Assembly: GCA_017609175.1 (NCBI GenBank)
Contig: JAFCEJ010000003.1
Location: 77,817-141,816 of the forward strand
DNA from: Candidatus Pacearchaeota archaeon
Lineage (GTDB): Archaea; Nanobdellota; Nanobdellia; Pacearchaeales; GW2011-AR1
Length of the DNA: 64,000 nucleotides
Direction: 5' to 3'
The notes beneath the pieces were generated by a model. The model was given only the letters and a program-made list of their open reading frames with translations, was not told the origin of the DNA and searched no databases. The translations under genes were made by a program, and so were the position numbers. Shown here one piece after another: positions 28,132 to 38,348 of this stretch (positions are counted from its first letter, which is position 1; each line of letters opens with the position of its first letter).

Positions 28132-28830
28132 ATGGAAGAAAGAAAAACAGTTCAACTTAAGAAAGATGAATTTGCTATTCGAGAATATATTAAAAAAACT
28201 CTTGGAAAAGGAAAAGTCAGCAAAGTTAAAATAGAATACACTCCTATCGGAGAAAAGATAATTGTTTCAACAAATAAACCCGGATTAGTTATTGGGAAAA
28301 GAGGAGAAAAAATTGAAGAGTTAACGGGATTTTTGAAAAAACAATTCAAACTTGAAAATCCCCATATTGAAATTGATGAAATAATGCGACCAGAATTTGA
28401 TGCTCAATTAATGGCAGATGAAATTGCCCTTGCATTAGAAAGATTTGGTCCGTTAAGATTTAAGGTTATTGCTTATAGAGCATTACAAAAAATAATGGAT
28501 GCTGGAGCATTGGGAGTAGAAATAAGATTAAGTGGAAAATTGCCTTCAAGTAGAGCAAGAGTTTGGAGATTTGCACAAGGTTATTTAAAGAAAACAGGGC
28601 ATAGCGCAAAGGTTGTTGATAGAGCACAGGCAAGAGCAGAAACAAAACCAGGAACTGTTGGGATAAAAGTTAGCATCCTTGCACCAGATGCACATCTTCA
28701 TGATAAAATAGAAATTAATGAAGAATTGCTAGAGAAACTAAAAAGAAATATGTTAGAATCTGAAGAAAAACCAAAAAAAGCAAGAAAAAAATCAACAAAA
28801 ACTAAAAAAATTAGGGAGAAAGAAAAATGA
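28132..28830 (+). CDS. rps3: 30S ribosomal protein S3
   Basis: KH motif PGLVIGKRG, GALGVEIRLSGK. Confidence 0.98.
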   Translation: MEERKTVQLKKDEFAIREYIKKTLGKGKVSKVKIEYTPIGEKIIVSTNKPGLVIGKRGEKIEELTGFLKKQFKLENPHIEIDEIMRPEFDAQLMADEIALALERFGPLRFKVIAYRALQKIMDAGALGVEIRLSGKLPSSRARVWRFAQGYLKKTGHSAKVVDRAQARAETKPGTVGIKVSILAPDAHLHDKIEINEELLEKLKRNMLESEEKPKKARKKSTKTKKIREKEK

Positions 28831-29027
28831 AAATAAAAGAACTTAGACAAATGAATAAAGAAGATAGAGAAAAGAAACTAAAAGAATTAAAATTAGAATT
28901 AATTAAAGCAAAATCAACTTCAGCCAAAACTGCGAATGCAAAAACAAAACAAATTAAAAAAATTATTGCAAAGATACTTACACTCAACACCACAGAAAAT
29001 GATAAGGAGGTGTTGAAGAAAGAATAA
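28827..29027 (+). CDS. rpl29: 50S ribosomal protein L29
   Basis: KELRQM...LKELKLEL...IKKIIAKILT; synteny. Confidence 0.93.
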   Translation: MKIKELRQMNKEDREKKLKELKLELIKAKSTSAKTANAKTKQIKKIIAKILTLNTTENDKEVLKKE

Positions 29028-29327
29028 ATGGAAATATGTCCGAAGTGCGGCCTGCCAAAACAGGCTTGTGTATGTGAACAGATTGTGAAGAGTTCACAGA
29101 GAATAAAAGTGACAGCAGAGAAGCGGAAGTTCGGAAAAATAACAACTCAAATCTCTGGATTTGAGAAAGGGATTGACATAAAAAAAATCGCAAAGGCTTT
29201 GAAAAATGAGCTCGCGTGTGGGGGAACAAATAAAGGCGATACAATCGAACTTCAAGGAGACCACAGAAAAAAAGTGAAACCGATTTTGGTTTCATTAGGA
29301 TTTGACGAAGAATCAATCGAAGACTAA
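29028..29327 (+). CDS. sui1: Translation initiation factor SUI1 (aIF1)
   Basis: CPKCGLP..CVC, LKNELACGGT, IELQGDHR. Confidence 0.96.
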   Translation: MEICPKCGLPKQACVCEQIVKSSQRIKVTAEKRKFGKITTQISGFEKGIDIKKIAKALKNELACGGTNKGDTIELQGDHRKKVKPILVSLGFDEESIED

Positions 29328-29374
29328 CAAGATTCAAAATCTAAATCACATACGCTAAAAGAGGAGAAAGAAAA

Positions 29375-29740
29375 ATGAAGAAAGAAAAAGCAAGAAAGGA
29401 AAAAATGGAAAAAGAAAAAATAGCTGGAGCTGAAAAAACATGCAATGATGTCAAATGCCATATTCATGGAAAGCTAAAAACAAGAGGAAGAACCTTTGAA
29501 GGAACAGTAATAAAAAAATTCCCAAAAAGAGTTGTAATTGAATTCGAAAGAATGGTTTATATTAGAAAATATGAGAGATATAAAAAATCAAAAACAAAAA
29601 TCCATGCGAGACTTCCTGCTTGTATGGAAGATGAAATTAATGTTGGAGATTATATCAAAGTACAGGAATGCAGACCCCTAAGTAAATTAATTCATTCAGT
29701 AGTTATTGAAAAAATTAAAGAGGGGGGAGAGAAAAAATGA
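29375..29740 (+). CDS. rps17: 30S ribosomal protein S17
   Basis: CNDVKCHIHG, ECRPLSK. Confidence 0.96.
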   Translation: MKKEKARKEKMEKEKIAGAEKTCNDVKCHIHGKLKTRGRTFEGTVIKKFPKRVVIEFERMVYIRKYERYKKSKTKIHARLPACMEDEINVGDYIKVQECRPLSKLIHSVVIEKIKEGGEKK

Positions 29741-30138
29741 AAGCTGTAGGAGCAAAAACAACACGCGGATTGAATTTGGGGGCAACAATGATTGCTGCAG
29801 ATAATAGCGGAGCAAAAATTGTAAAGTTAGTTTCAGTAAAAAAAGGAAAAAGCAAGAAAGGTAGACAGAACTATGCAAAAATTGCGGATTGGGTAAAAGT
29901 GAGTATAAGAAAAGGTGTCCCAGATATGAAAGGAAAGGTTTTTGATGCAGTCATAATCAGACAAAAAAGACCTTACAGAAGATTAAATGGGGAGAGAATT
30001 GCTTTTGAAGATAATGCTGTTGCAATTTTGAAAGATGACAAAGGAAATCCTAAAGGAACTCAAATTAAAGGACCTATTGCAAGGGAGGTTCAGGAGCGAT
30101 GGCCATCTGTGGCTAAAATTGCTTCAATAGTTTATTAA
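29737..30138 (+). CDS. rpl14: 50S ribosomal protein L14
   Basis: [25 protein letters not shown]. Confidence 0.98.
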   Translation: MKAVGAKTTRGLNLGATMIAADNSGAKIVKLVSVKKGKSKKGRQNYAKIADWVKVSIRKGVPDMKGKVFDAVIIRQKRPYRRLNGERIAFEDNAVAILKDDKGNPKGTQIKGPIAREVQERWPSVAKIASIVY

Positions 30139-30139
30139 A

Positions 30140-30607
30140 ATGAGAAAAAAATTTAGTACAAATTGGAAATCAAGCAAACAACCCAGAAAGCAAAGAAAAT
30201 ATTTAGCAAATGCCCCATTACATATTAGAAAAAAATTTGTTAGCGTGAATCTCTCAAAAGAATTAAGAAAAAAATATGGAAAAAGAAATATTCCGGTTAG
30301 AAAAGGAGATAAAGTAAAAATCATGAGAGGAAAGTTCAAAAATAAAACTGGAAAAGTATTAGAAATTAAATTAAAAACAGGAAAGATTTATGTTGAGGGA
30401 ATTCAAGTCAAGAAGCAAGACGGATCAAAAGTTAATGTTCCATTAAGAAATTCAAATCTACAGATTATTGAATTAAATTTAGAAGATAAAAAAAGGATAA
30501 AAAAACTCGAAGGAAAAGAAGAAAAGAAAGAAGATTTAAAGAAACCAAAGTCAACTTCACAAAAATCAAAATCAACTAAAGAAAAACTTAGGGAGGAAAA
30601 GAAATGA
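30140..30607 (+). CDS. rpl24: 50S ribosomal protein L24
   Basis: [21 protein letters not shown]. Confidence 0.97.
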   Translation: MRKKFSTNWKSSKQPRKQRKYLANAPLHIRKKFVSVNLSKELRKKYGKRNIPVRKGDKVKIMRGKFKNKTGKVLEIKLKTGKIYVEGIQVKKQDGSKVNVPLRNSNLQIIELNLEDKKRIKKLEGKEEKKEDLKKPKSTSQKSKSTKEKLREEKK

Positions 30608-31254
30608 AACACCTAAAAAGACAAAAAGTACCAAAAAGCTGGCCAATACCAAGAAAAGGAACAACATTTGTAGTGAAACCCCGAGAAAATTTGAATAAGG
30701 GTATTCCAATTTTAATTATCCTAAGAGACATACTAAGAATTGCTAAAAACAGAAAAGAAGTAAAGAAAATAATTCATGAAAAATCTGTTTTATTAAATGG
30801 GAAAATTGTCAAGGATGAAAAAAATAGTGCAACATTGTTCGATGTAATAACTATTAACTCTCTGAAAAAAAATTATAGGTTAGATTTATCCGAGAAAGGC
30901 AAATTTAAACTTGAAGAAATAAAAGAAACAGAAGCAGGACAGAAAGTTTCAAAGATTATTAATAAAAAAATGTTGAAGAAGAAAAGAATGCAATTAAATT
31001 TAATTGATGGAAGAAACTTCTTATCAGATATAAAATGTAAAACAAATGATTCTGTGATTATCGACCTTAAGAATAAAAAAATAGAAAAGTGTTTACCGTT
31101 GCAAGAAAAGGCAAATGCAATTGTATTTGGTGGGAAACATGCGGGTGCAAGAGGAAAAATCGATAAAATAGATACAAAACACCAAATAGCAAAGTTAGAT
31201 GCTGGCAAAGAGAAAATTAATGTTTTAATTAAACATTTGATGGTGGTGGAATAA
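30604..31254 (+). CDS. rps4e: 30S ribosomal protein S4e
   Basis: [22 protein letters not shown]. Confidence 0.95.
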   Translation: MKHLKRQKVPKSWPIPRKGTTFVVKPRENLNKGIPILIILRDILRIAKNRKEVKKIIHEKSVLLNGKIVKDEKNSATLFDVITINSLKKNYRLDLSEKGKFKLEEIKETEAGQKVSKIINKKMLKKKRMQLNLIDGRNFLSDIKCKTNDSVIIDLKNKKIEKCLPLQEKANAIVFGGKHAGARGKIDKIDTKHQIAKLDAGKEKINVLIKHLMVVE

Positions 31255-31764
31255 ATGGCAGAAAGCAAACAAAATCCGATGAGAGAAATAAAAATTGAGA
31301 AAGTCGTTTTTAGTATAGGCGGAACTGGGGAGAATTTAGAAAAAGGTGTTAAATTGTTAGAAAGATTAACAGGAAAAAAACCTGCAAAAATGATGACAAA
31401 GAAAAGAATTCCAACATTAAATGTAAGACCAAAATTAGAAGTAGGAGCGGTTGTTACAATTAGAAAAGATGTGGATGAAATTTTGAAAAAGATGTTAAGT
31501 GCAATTGATAATAAATTAAAGAGAAAACAAATAAGTGAAAATAATTTTTCGTTTGGAATAGAAGAATATATTGAAATCCCTGGTATGGAATATCAAAGAG
31601 ATATTGGAATTATTGGTTTAGATGTTACAGTAGTTTTTAAAAGAACAGGGAAAAGAGTTAAATTGAGGAAAATTAAAAGGGGAAGAATACCTAAAAGACA
31701 ATCAATTTCAAAACAAGAAATAATTAAATTTATGGAGGAAAAATTCAAAACCGAATTTATATAA
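31255..31764 (+). CDS. rpl5: 50S ribosomal protein L5
   Basis: NPMREIKIEKV, NFSFGIEEYIEIPG. Confidence 0.97.
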   Translation: MAESKQNPMREIKIEKVVFSIGGTGENLEKGVKLLERLTGKKPAKMMTKKRIPTLNVRPKLEVGAVVTIRKDVDEILKKMLSAIDNKLKRKQISENNFSFGIEEYIEIPGMEYQRDIGIIGLDVTVVFKRTGKRVKLRKIKRGRIPKRQSISKQEIIKFMEEKFKTEFI

Positions 31765-31765
31765 A

Positions 31766-31996
31766 ATGACAGCGAGTGATTGGAAAAAAATTTTGAAACA
31801 ATTGAAGAACAAACCTGCAATAAAGGCAAAATTTTTGAAACACAATAAGCCGAAAGAAAGAAAGTTCGGAATAGCTGCAAGAAAATGCGAAAAATGTGGA
31901 AGATTTGGTGCTCACATTAAATCATATGGATTAAATTTATGCCGACATTGCTTCAGAGAAATTGCTGAAGAAATTGGTTTTGAAAAATACAGTTAG
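31766..31996 (+). CDS. rps14: 30S ribosomal protein S14
   Basis: CEKCG...LCRHCFRE. Confidence 0.96.
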   Translation: MTASDWKKILKQLKNKPAIKAKFLKHNKPKERKFGIAARKCEKCGRFGAHIKSYGLNLCRHCFREIAEEIGFEKYS

Positions 31997-32005
31997 GAGG
32001 ACAAA

Positions 32006-32386
32006 ATGTCACAAGATGTTGTTGCAGATGCATTAAACATGATTAAGAATGCAAAAAAAGCTGGAAAGAAGAATGTAAAAGTCAAAAGAATCTCAAATTT
32101 GTTAATTGAGATTTTGAAAATAATGAAAAACAAAAAGGCAATCAAAACTTACAAAATAAACAGCAAAGAAAAGAGTGTAACTATAACACTTGGAGAGGTT
32201 TTGGAATGCAAGGCTATAAAACCAAGATTCACTGTTAAGAAAACCCAAATTGAAAAATATATGAGAAGATACTTGCCTGCACGAGGAATGGGAACAATAA
32301 TAGTTTCAACAAATAAGGGTTTGATGACCCATAATGAAGCAATAGAAGAAAATATTGGAGGGTGCTTAATTGCATACTTTTACTAA
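32006..32386 (+). CDS. rps8: 30S ribosomal protein S8
   Basis: DVVADAL, IKPRF, STNKGLMTH. Confidence 0.97.
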   Translation: MSQDVVADALNMIKNAKKAGKKNVKVKRISNLLIEILKIMKNKKAIKTYKINSKEKSVTITLGEVLECKAIKPRFTVKKTQIEKYMRRYLPARGMGTIIVSTNKGLMTHNEAIEENIGGCLIAYFY

Positions 32387-32928
32387 TGAAACAAGATATT
32401 GAAAAAATCATTGAAATTCCAGAAGGTGTGGAAGTTAGTGTAGATGGAACTGCAATAAATGTTAAAGGCAAGGAGGGGGAAGTTAAAAGAACTTTCAGGA
32501 TCAAGGGAATTAATTTCGAAAAAGGAGAAAAAGAACTAAGATTAATTAGTAAAAAAGCGACAAAGCAGGAAAAGAAAATGATGAATACAATTACAGCACA
32601 CATAAAAAATATGATAAAGGGTGTTGAAGAAAAATTTGAATATAAATTAAAAATCTGTACATCACACTTTCCGATAACTGTTGACTTAAAAGAAAATGAA
32701 GCAATTATCAAAAATTTTCTTGGGGAAAAAATCCCGAGAAAAGTTAGAATTCCTAAAGGAGTTGAAGTTGATATTGGCAAAGAAGAGATAATTGTTAAAT
32801 CAATAAATAAAGAATTAGCAGGGCAGACTGCAGCAAATTTTGAAAAAGCAACTAGGGTAAGATCAAGGGATAGAAGAATCTTCCAAGATGGTATTTTTAT
32901 TATAAATAAATCAGGAAAGGAAATTTAA
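32386..32928 (+). CDS. rpl6: 50S ribosomal protein L6
   Basis: SHFPI, NFLGEK, DRRIFQDGIFI; ATG at 32386. Confidence 0.97.
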   Translation: MKQDIEKIIEIPEGVEVSVDGTAINVKGKEGEVKRTFRIKGINFEKGEKELRLISKKATKQEKKMMNTITAHIKNMIKGVEEKFEYKLKICTSHFPITVDLKENEAIIKNFLGEKIPRKVRIPKGVEVDIGKEEIIVKSINKELAGQTAANFEKATRVRSRDRRIFQDGIFIINKSGKEI

Positions 32929-32933
32929 ACAAA

Positions 32934-33347
32934 ATGGTAAAGAAATTTTTAAGGCGAGTGTGGGCAAGATATTCAAAATTGGGAAGAAAAAGAAAAAAGA
33001 AACAGAAATGGAAAAGACCCACTGGAAGAGATAATAAAATGAGAGAAAAGAGAAAAGGATATCCAAAAGTTGTTAGTATTGGTTATGGAAAAGAAAAAAA
33101 ATTAAGGGGGACTATTAATGGTAAAAAACCAATTATTGTAAGAAATGTTAAAGAACTTGAAAAAATCGGAAAAGATGAAATTGTTATTATCGGAAATGTT
33201 GGAAAAAAGAAAAAATTAGAAATTGCTAAAAAAATAAATGAAATGAAAATAGAAGTCCATAATTTGAACATAAAAAAATTTTTGAAAAAATATGAGAAAA
33301 AAGAAGAAAATAAGACTATTGAAAAAACAAAGGAGACTAAAAAATGA
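32934..33347 (+). CDS. rpl32e: 50S ribosomal protein L32e
   Basis: KWKRPTGRDNKMR, VSIGY. Confidence 0.95.
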   Translation: MVKKFLRRVWARYSKLGRKRKKKQKWKRPTGRDNKMREKRKGYPKVVSIGYGKEKKLRGTINGKKPIIVRNVKELEKIGKDEIVIIGNVGKKKKLEIAKKINEMKIEVHNLNIKKFLKKYEKKEENKTIEKTKETKK

Positions 33348-33751
33348 AATTAGATAAAAAAAGAAATCTGGCTGCAAGAACATTGAAGGTTGGGAAAGAA
33401 AGAATCATGTTTGTAATGTCTAGACTAGAAGAGATTAAAGAGGCGATTACAAAACAAGATATTAAGGACTTATATAAAGATGGTGCAATAATTATTAAAG
33501 AAGTTAAAGGAAGAAAGAAAATTGTTAAGAGAAAGAGAAAAAGGGGGCCTGGAAAAATCAAGAAAAAAGTGAATAAAAGGAAACAAGAATATGTTAAAAT
33601 GACCAGAAAATTAAGAGAATATGTTAAAACATTAAAAGAAAAAGGAAAATTATCGAGGGAGGAAATTATTGAAATAAGAAAAAGGATAAGAAATAGAAAA
33701 TTCCATAGTTTAGCAAATTTAAAAGAATATATTGGAGGTTTAAGGAAATGA
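33344..33751 (+). CDS. rpl19e: 50S ribosomal protein L19e
   Basis: LAARTLKVGKERI, AITKQDI, RGPG; synteny. Confidence 0.93.
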   Translation: MKLDKKRNLAARTLKVGKERIMFVMSRLEEIKEAITKQDIKDLYKDGAIIIKEVKGRKKIVKRKRKRGPGKIKKKVNKRKQEYVKMTRKLREYVKTLKEKGKLSREEIIEIRKRIRNRKFHSLANLKEYIGGLRK

Positions 33752-34239
33752 AAGTCCAAAAACGAAGAAGAAGGGAAGCAAAAACAAATTATTCAAAAAG
33801 AATTAAATTACTTAAAGGAAACTCCCCAAGAGTTGTTTTTAGAAAAACAAACAAATATGTAATTGCACAATATGTAACAAGCAAACATGCACAAGATAAA
33901 ATTGAAATGGGAATTAATTCAAAAATTTTATTAAAATACGGTTGGCCAAAACAAGCCGAAGGAGGATTAAAATCAATTCCTGCGTCATATTTGACAGGAT
34001 TATTAATTGGCAAAAAGATTATTGAGAAAAAATTAGAAACTCCGATTATTGATTTTGGAATGATTAGAAATTTGCATAAAACAAAGATTTATGCATTTAT
34101 GAAAGGGTTAATTGATGCTGGAATAAAAATAAAATTCGACGAGAAAAAAGATATTTTTCCTAGCAATGAAAGAATCAAAGGAGAACATTTGAGGAATAAA
34201 ATCCCATTTGAACAAATTAAATCAAAAATAGAAGAATAA
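33748..34239 (+). CDS. rpl18: 50S ribosomal protein L18
   Basis: RRRREAKTNY, PASYLTG, RIKGEH. Confidence 0.96.
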   Translation: MKVQKRRRREAKTNYSKRIKLLKGNSPRVVFRKTNKYVIAQYVTSKHAQDKIEMGINSKILLKYGWPKQAEGGLKSIPASYLTGLLIGKKIIEKKLETPIIDFGMIRNLHKTKIYAFMKGLIDAGIKIKFDEKKDIFPSNERIKGEHLRNKIPFEQIKSKIEE

Positions 34240-34240
34240 A

Positions 34241-34996
34241 ATGACTAAGGAAGAAATAACAAAACAAGAAGAGAAAATTAAAGAAGAGGTTGTAGACGAG
34301 GTAGTTAAAACTCAAAAACAAGAAAGTGGAAGAAAAAAACAAGAAGATAAATTTATTTCTTGGGAACCGAAAACAAAATTAGGAAAAGATGTGAAATCTA
34401 AAAAAATTAAAGATATTGATTATATCTTAGATAATAATTTGAAAATTTTAGAAGAACAGATTGTTGATATGTTGCTTGATGTTAAATCAGATTTATTTTT
34501 GATAGGGCAATCAAAGGGTAAGTTTGGTGGTGGAAAAAGAAGAGCATGGAGGCAAACCCAACGGAAAACAAGAGAAGGAAATGTCCCCACATTCTCTGCT
34601 TTAGCAGTAGTTGGTGATGAAAATGGACATATTGGTATTGGTAGTGGAAAGGCTATGGAAACCTTGCCTGCACGGGATAAAGCAATAAGAAAGGCAAAAT
34701 TGAATATCTTTAAAATCAATCGAGCGTGTGCAGATTTTGATTGTGCTTGTTTAGAACCTCATACAGTTCCGTTTAAAGTTACAGGAAAATCTGGGAGTGT
34801 CAGAGTAACCCTAATTCCTGCACCAATGGGAACTGGATTAGTAGTCGGGAGAGAATTAAAAAAAGTTTTAAGCTTAGCAGGAATTAAAGATGTATATAGT
34901 AGGACTTCTGGAAGAAAACGAACCACTTTCAATTTAATTAAAGCTTGTATTGATGCTTTGAAAAAAACAAACCCCCAGGAAGGTAAAAAAATATGA
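34241..34996 (+). CDS. rps5: 30S ribosomal protein S5
   Basis: WEPKTKLG, VVGDENGHIG, PAPMGTGL. Confidence 0.97.
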   Translation: MTKEEITKQEEKIKEEVVDEVVKTQKQESGRKKQEDKFISWEPKTKLGKDVKSKKIKDIDYILDNNLKILEEQIVDMLLDVKSDLFLIGQSKGKFGGGKRRAWRQTQRKTREGNVPTFSALAVVGDENGHIGIGSGKAMETLPARDKAIRKAKLNIFKINRACADFDCACLEPHTVPFKVTGKSGSVRVTLIPAPMGTGLVVGRELKKVLSLAGIKDVYSRTSGRKRTTFNLIKACIDALKKTNPQEGKKI

Positions 34997-35352
34997 TAGC
35001 AATAATAAGAATTCATGGCATGGTAAAAATGAATAAAAAAATAGAGGAAACTCTATATAGATTAAGACTAAGAAAAAAATATGCTTGTGTTGTTTTCCAA
35101 AATCCAACAGAAGAACAAATAGGGATGATAAAAAAAGTAAGAAATTTTGTGGCTTATGGGGAAATTGACGAAGCTACTTATAAAGAACTTGTTGAAAAAA
35201 GAGGAAAAAAAGATGATGGAAAATTAAAACCCTTTTTTAGATTGCATCCGCCAAGAGGGGGAATAGATTCTAAAAAACATTTTGGGGTTGGGAAAGGAGT
35301 TTTAGGAGACAATGGAAAGAAAATAAATGATTTAATTAGGAGGATGTTATAA
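34993..35352 (+). CDS. rpl30: 50S ribosomal protein L30
   Basis: IAIIRIHG, FRLHPPRGG, INDLIRRM. Confidence 0.96.
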   Translation: MIAIIRIHGMVKMNKKIEETLYRLRLRKKYACVVFQNPTEEQIGMIKKVRNFVAYGEIDEATYKELVEKRGKKDDGKLKPFFRLHPPRGGIDSKKHFGVGKGVLGDNGKKINDLIRRML

Positions 35353-35843
35353 TGGCAGTTAAAACTCACAAAACAAAAAAAGCAAAGAAGATGAGAGGAA
35401 GAAATATGGGGACCCATGGATGGGGTGCCCGGAAAAAACATAAAAAATCAGGTCATAAGGGTGGAAAAGGAATGTCTGGAAGTGGGAAAAGAGGAGATCA
35501 GAAAAAGACACTTGTAACAAAAAAATATGGACACAAATATTTCGGAAAGCGAGGTATAACCAGCAAGAAAACTAAAAAAGATAAAAGAAAAAGAATAAAT
35601 TTAAGAGATATTGAATTAAAATTAGAAAAAATTGGAAAGAAAACTACAAAAGGTTATGAAATTGATTTAAAAGATTATAAAATTCTTGGTGAAGGAGAGG
35701 TTAAAAATAAGTTAATTATAAAAGCAAAAGAAGCTTCTAAAAGTGCAATAGAAAAGGTGAAGGAGAAAGGAGGAGAGATTATTTTGCCTACTAAAAATAT
35801 TCAAGAAAAAGGGGAAATAAAAGCTGAAGAGCAAAATGACTGA
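35352..35843 (+). CDS. rpl15: 50S ribosomal protein L15
   Basis: THGWG, GGKGMSG, KILGEG, ASKSAIEK. Confidence 0.96.
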   Translation: MAVKTHKTKKAKKMRGRNMGTHGWGARKKHKKSGHKGGKGMSGSGKRGDQKKTLVTKKYGHKYFGKRGITSKKTKKDKRKRINLRDIELKLEKIGKKTTKGYEIDLKDYKILGEGEVKNKLIIKAKEASKSAIEKVKEKGGEIILPTKNIQEKGEIKAEEQND

Positions 35844-37290
35844 TTTAAGAAACGTTTTCAGCTTCATACCAGAAGTTAGAAAGCCAGATGAGAAAAAACT
35901 TAGTTTTAATACAAAGTTAAAGTGGACTTCAATAGTCCTTGTTGCATTTTTTGTTCTTGCTAATATTACTCTTTATGGTTTAGATAAAAATTTCTTAGCA
36001 CGGTTTGATTTTTTATCGACGGTACTTGCAGCTGATTTTGGAAGTATTATCTCGCTTGGTATTGGACCAATTGTTATGGCTTCAATTATTTTACAATTAT
36101 TGACTGGTGCAGGAATTGTTAATATTGATACAACTACTGTAGAAGGGAAAAGATTTTTTCAAGGAGTTCAAAAATTAATGGTATTCTTTTTTATAGTTTT
36201 TGAAGCACTTGTCTATGTTTTAATGAAAGGGCTTTCAGCAAGTCCTGAATTAGGAGCAATGGGTCCGACGATCTTGATTGTGCAATTAATAATGGGGGGT
36301 CTATTAATTTTTTATATGGATGAGTTATGTCAAAAATGGGGTTTTGGTTCAGGAGTAAGTTTATTTATTGCTGCAGGAGTTTCTAGGAGAATAATTACTG
36401 CAAGTTTTCAATTCATCAATCAGCAAGGCAGAAATTGTCTTCTGGATTTTAAAAATACTGCCTGTCCTGGAAAAGTTTTTGTTTTTATCCAATCTATAAT
36501 TAATAAAGCGCCAATTGAAGCAACATCTGCACTCTCTGCCATTTTGATTACTGTTTTAATTTTCTTATTGGTTGTCTGGGCTCAATCGTTGAAAGTTGAA
36601 ATCCCTTTGTCATTTGGCAGGATTAAAGGCTATGCTGTAAAATGGCCGCTAAGTTTTTTTTATGCTTCTGTTATTCCAGTTATTTTAACTGCCGCATTGA
36701 TTGCGAATATACAGCTATTTGGAGGAATCATTGAAAATGCTGCAATGCCTTGTTTAACTGGTGAAGGCGTTTGTGATGGAATGGCAAGATTTGCATCACA
36801 TTTCACATTTTTAGGGCATTTTGTAGAAGGAAGGGCAGTTTCTGGTTTGGCGTTTTGGATGAGTTCTACTAGATTAGTAGAATTAATTATCCGAGGAGGA
36901 TTTATGTGGAAGTATTTATTGCAGGGCTTGACACATATCCTGTTTTTCGTATTTTTTTCTACAATATTCGCGCTTTTCTGGGTCAAAACTTCTGGAATGG
37001 ATGCAAAAGCCCAAGCACATAATATTATATCTTCAGGTTTACAACTTGCAGGATTTAGGCAAGATGAAAGAGTTTTAGAAAGTATTTTAGATAGATATAT
37101 TATCCCTTTAACAGTAATGGGTGGTGCTGCAATTGGTTTGCTTGCATCAATTACAAATCTTCTTGGGGCATTGGTTTCTGGAACAGCAATTCTTTTAGTA
37201 ATTATGATTATGTTCCAGTTCTACCAAAATATTGTTAAAGACCATGCAATGGATATGAATCCTGCAATGAGGAAATTTATGAGCAACTAA
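35836..37290 (+). CDS. secY: Protein translocase subunit SecY
   Basis: LGIGPIVMASIILQLL, KWGFGSGVSLFI, YASVIPVIL, GTAILL. Confidence 0.98.
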   Translation: MTDLRNVFSFIPEVRKPDEKKLSFNTKLKWTSIVLVAFFVLANITLYGLDKNFLARFDFLSTVLAADFGSIISLGIGPIVMASIILQLLTGAGIVNIDTTTVEGKRFFQGVQKLMVFFFIVFEALVYVLMKGLSASPELGAMGPTILIVQLIMGGLLIFYMDELCQKWGFGSGVSLFIAAGVSRRIITASFQFINQQGRNCLLDFKNTACPGKVFVFIQSIINKAPIEATSALSAILITVLIFLLVVWAQSLKVEIPLSFGRIKGYAVKWPLSFFYASVIPVILTAALIANIQLFGGIIENAAMPCLTGEGVCDGMARFASHFTFLGHFVEGRAVSGLAFWMSSTRLVELIIRGGFMWKYLLQGLTHILFFVFFSTIFALFWVKTSGMDAKAQAHNIISSGLQLAGFRQDERVLESILDRYIIPLTVMGGAAIGLLASITNLLGALVSGTAILLVIMIMFQFYQNIVKDHAMDMNPAMRKFMSN

Positions 37291-37330
37291 GAACAACAAA
37301 TCTTAAAAACAATTAACCAGATATTTTTCT

Positions 37331-37708
37331 ATGAAAATTAGAAGAACTATTGAAGAAGTAGTTGAACATGGGGAAAAAATAGTTATTGAAAATATAAAAA
37401 TTGCTGGAAAAGAATACAAATTGAAAATAATGGAAACAAAAGAAGTTAAGAGTTTGTCTTTTCAATTCTTTGATAAAAACTCTAATTTAGATTGTATGGA
37501 AGAATACCCTGAGTTCCAGATAACAATTCATGCAAAAGGAGAAATAGGGTTTATGAGATATTGTCATCGAAACCATGACCATGATGATATTGAAACCTTA
37601 CAGATAAATGAAAAAGGTGAGATTAAATGGAGAAGCAGATACCCTTATAAGGGGGAAGGTTATAAATTTTTTAAAATACTTTTTGGTTCTATAAAGAAAA
37701 ATTATTAA
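37331..37708 (+). CDS. Orphan hypothetical protein at the position usually held by adk
   Basis: 125 aa with no P-loop; His/Asp cluster CHRNHDHDD. Confidence 0.6.
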   Translation: MKIRRTIEEVVEHGEKIVIENIKIAGKEYKLKIMETKEVKSLSFQFFDKNSNLDCMEEYPEFQITIHAKGEIGFMRYCHRNHDHDDIETLQINEKGEIKWRSRYPYKGEGYKFFKILFGSIKKNY

Positions 37709-37744
37709 CTGAAACTTTAAAAACCTCTTTTCTTTTTTTTAACC

Positions 37745-38290
37745 ATGGACACACAAGGAAAAGAGGGCAGTTTTATGCCAATTTTTATTGTATTAATGGC
37801 CTCTTTACTCATAGCCATGTTCTGGAATAGTATGCCAATAATAAAAGATAGTGTTCATAAAATATTGGACCCATCTGCAGGAGCACTATTAAATTGGAAT
37901 ATCACTTATGGTATGCTTATAATTATTTCAATTATGAGTTTTATTACGACATTGACCCAGAAATATCTTACCGACCAAAAAACAATGAGAGAATTAAAGG
38001 CAGAACAAAAAAAACTCAATGAAGAGATGAAGAAACTTGAAGTTGGTTCTAAAGAATATAGGGAATTAAGCATGAAATCATTAAAATTTATGGGTCCTAT
38101 GATGAAACTTAGCATGAGGCCTATAGTATTTACAGGTATTCCATTCCTTTTACTTTTTAGGTGGTTTATGGATACATTTACAAAATTAGGCAATCCGACA
38201 TTTTTTGGATTTTTGAACTGGTTTTGGTTTTATTTAATTATGTCTCTTATCATTGGTTCTGTTTTAAGAAAGATTTTGAAGGTTGTATAA
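37745..38290 (+). CDS. EMC3/TMCO1 (DUF106, Oxa1-superfamily) membrane insertase
   Basis: TM-coiled coil-TM layout, MRPIVFTGIP, WFWFY; typical position after secY. Confidence 0.88.
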   Translation: MDTQGKEGSFMPIFIVLMASLLIAMFWNSMPIIKDSVHKILDPSAGALLNWNITYGMLIIISIMSFITTLTQKYLTDQKTMRELKAEQKKLNEEMKKLEVGSKEYRELSMKSLKFMGPMMKLSMRPIVFTGIPFLLLFRWFMDTFTKLGNPTFFGFLNWFWFYLIMSLIIGSVLRKILKVV

Positions 38291-38348
38291 ACCTTAATCC
38301 CAATAAAAGTAGAGAAAGTTTTAAAAGTGATTTAAGGCTGCTGTTTCT

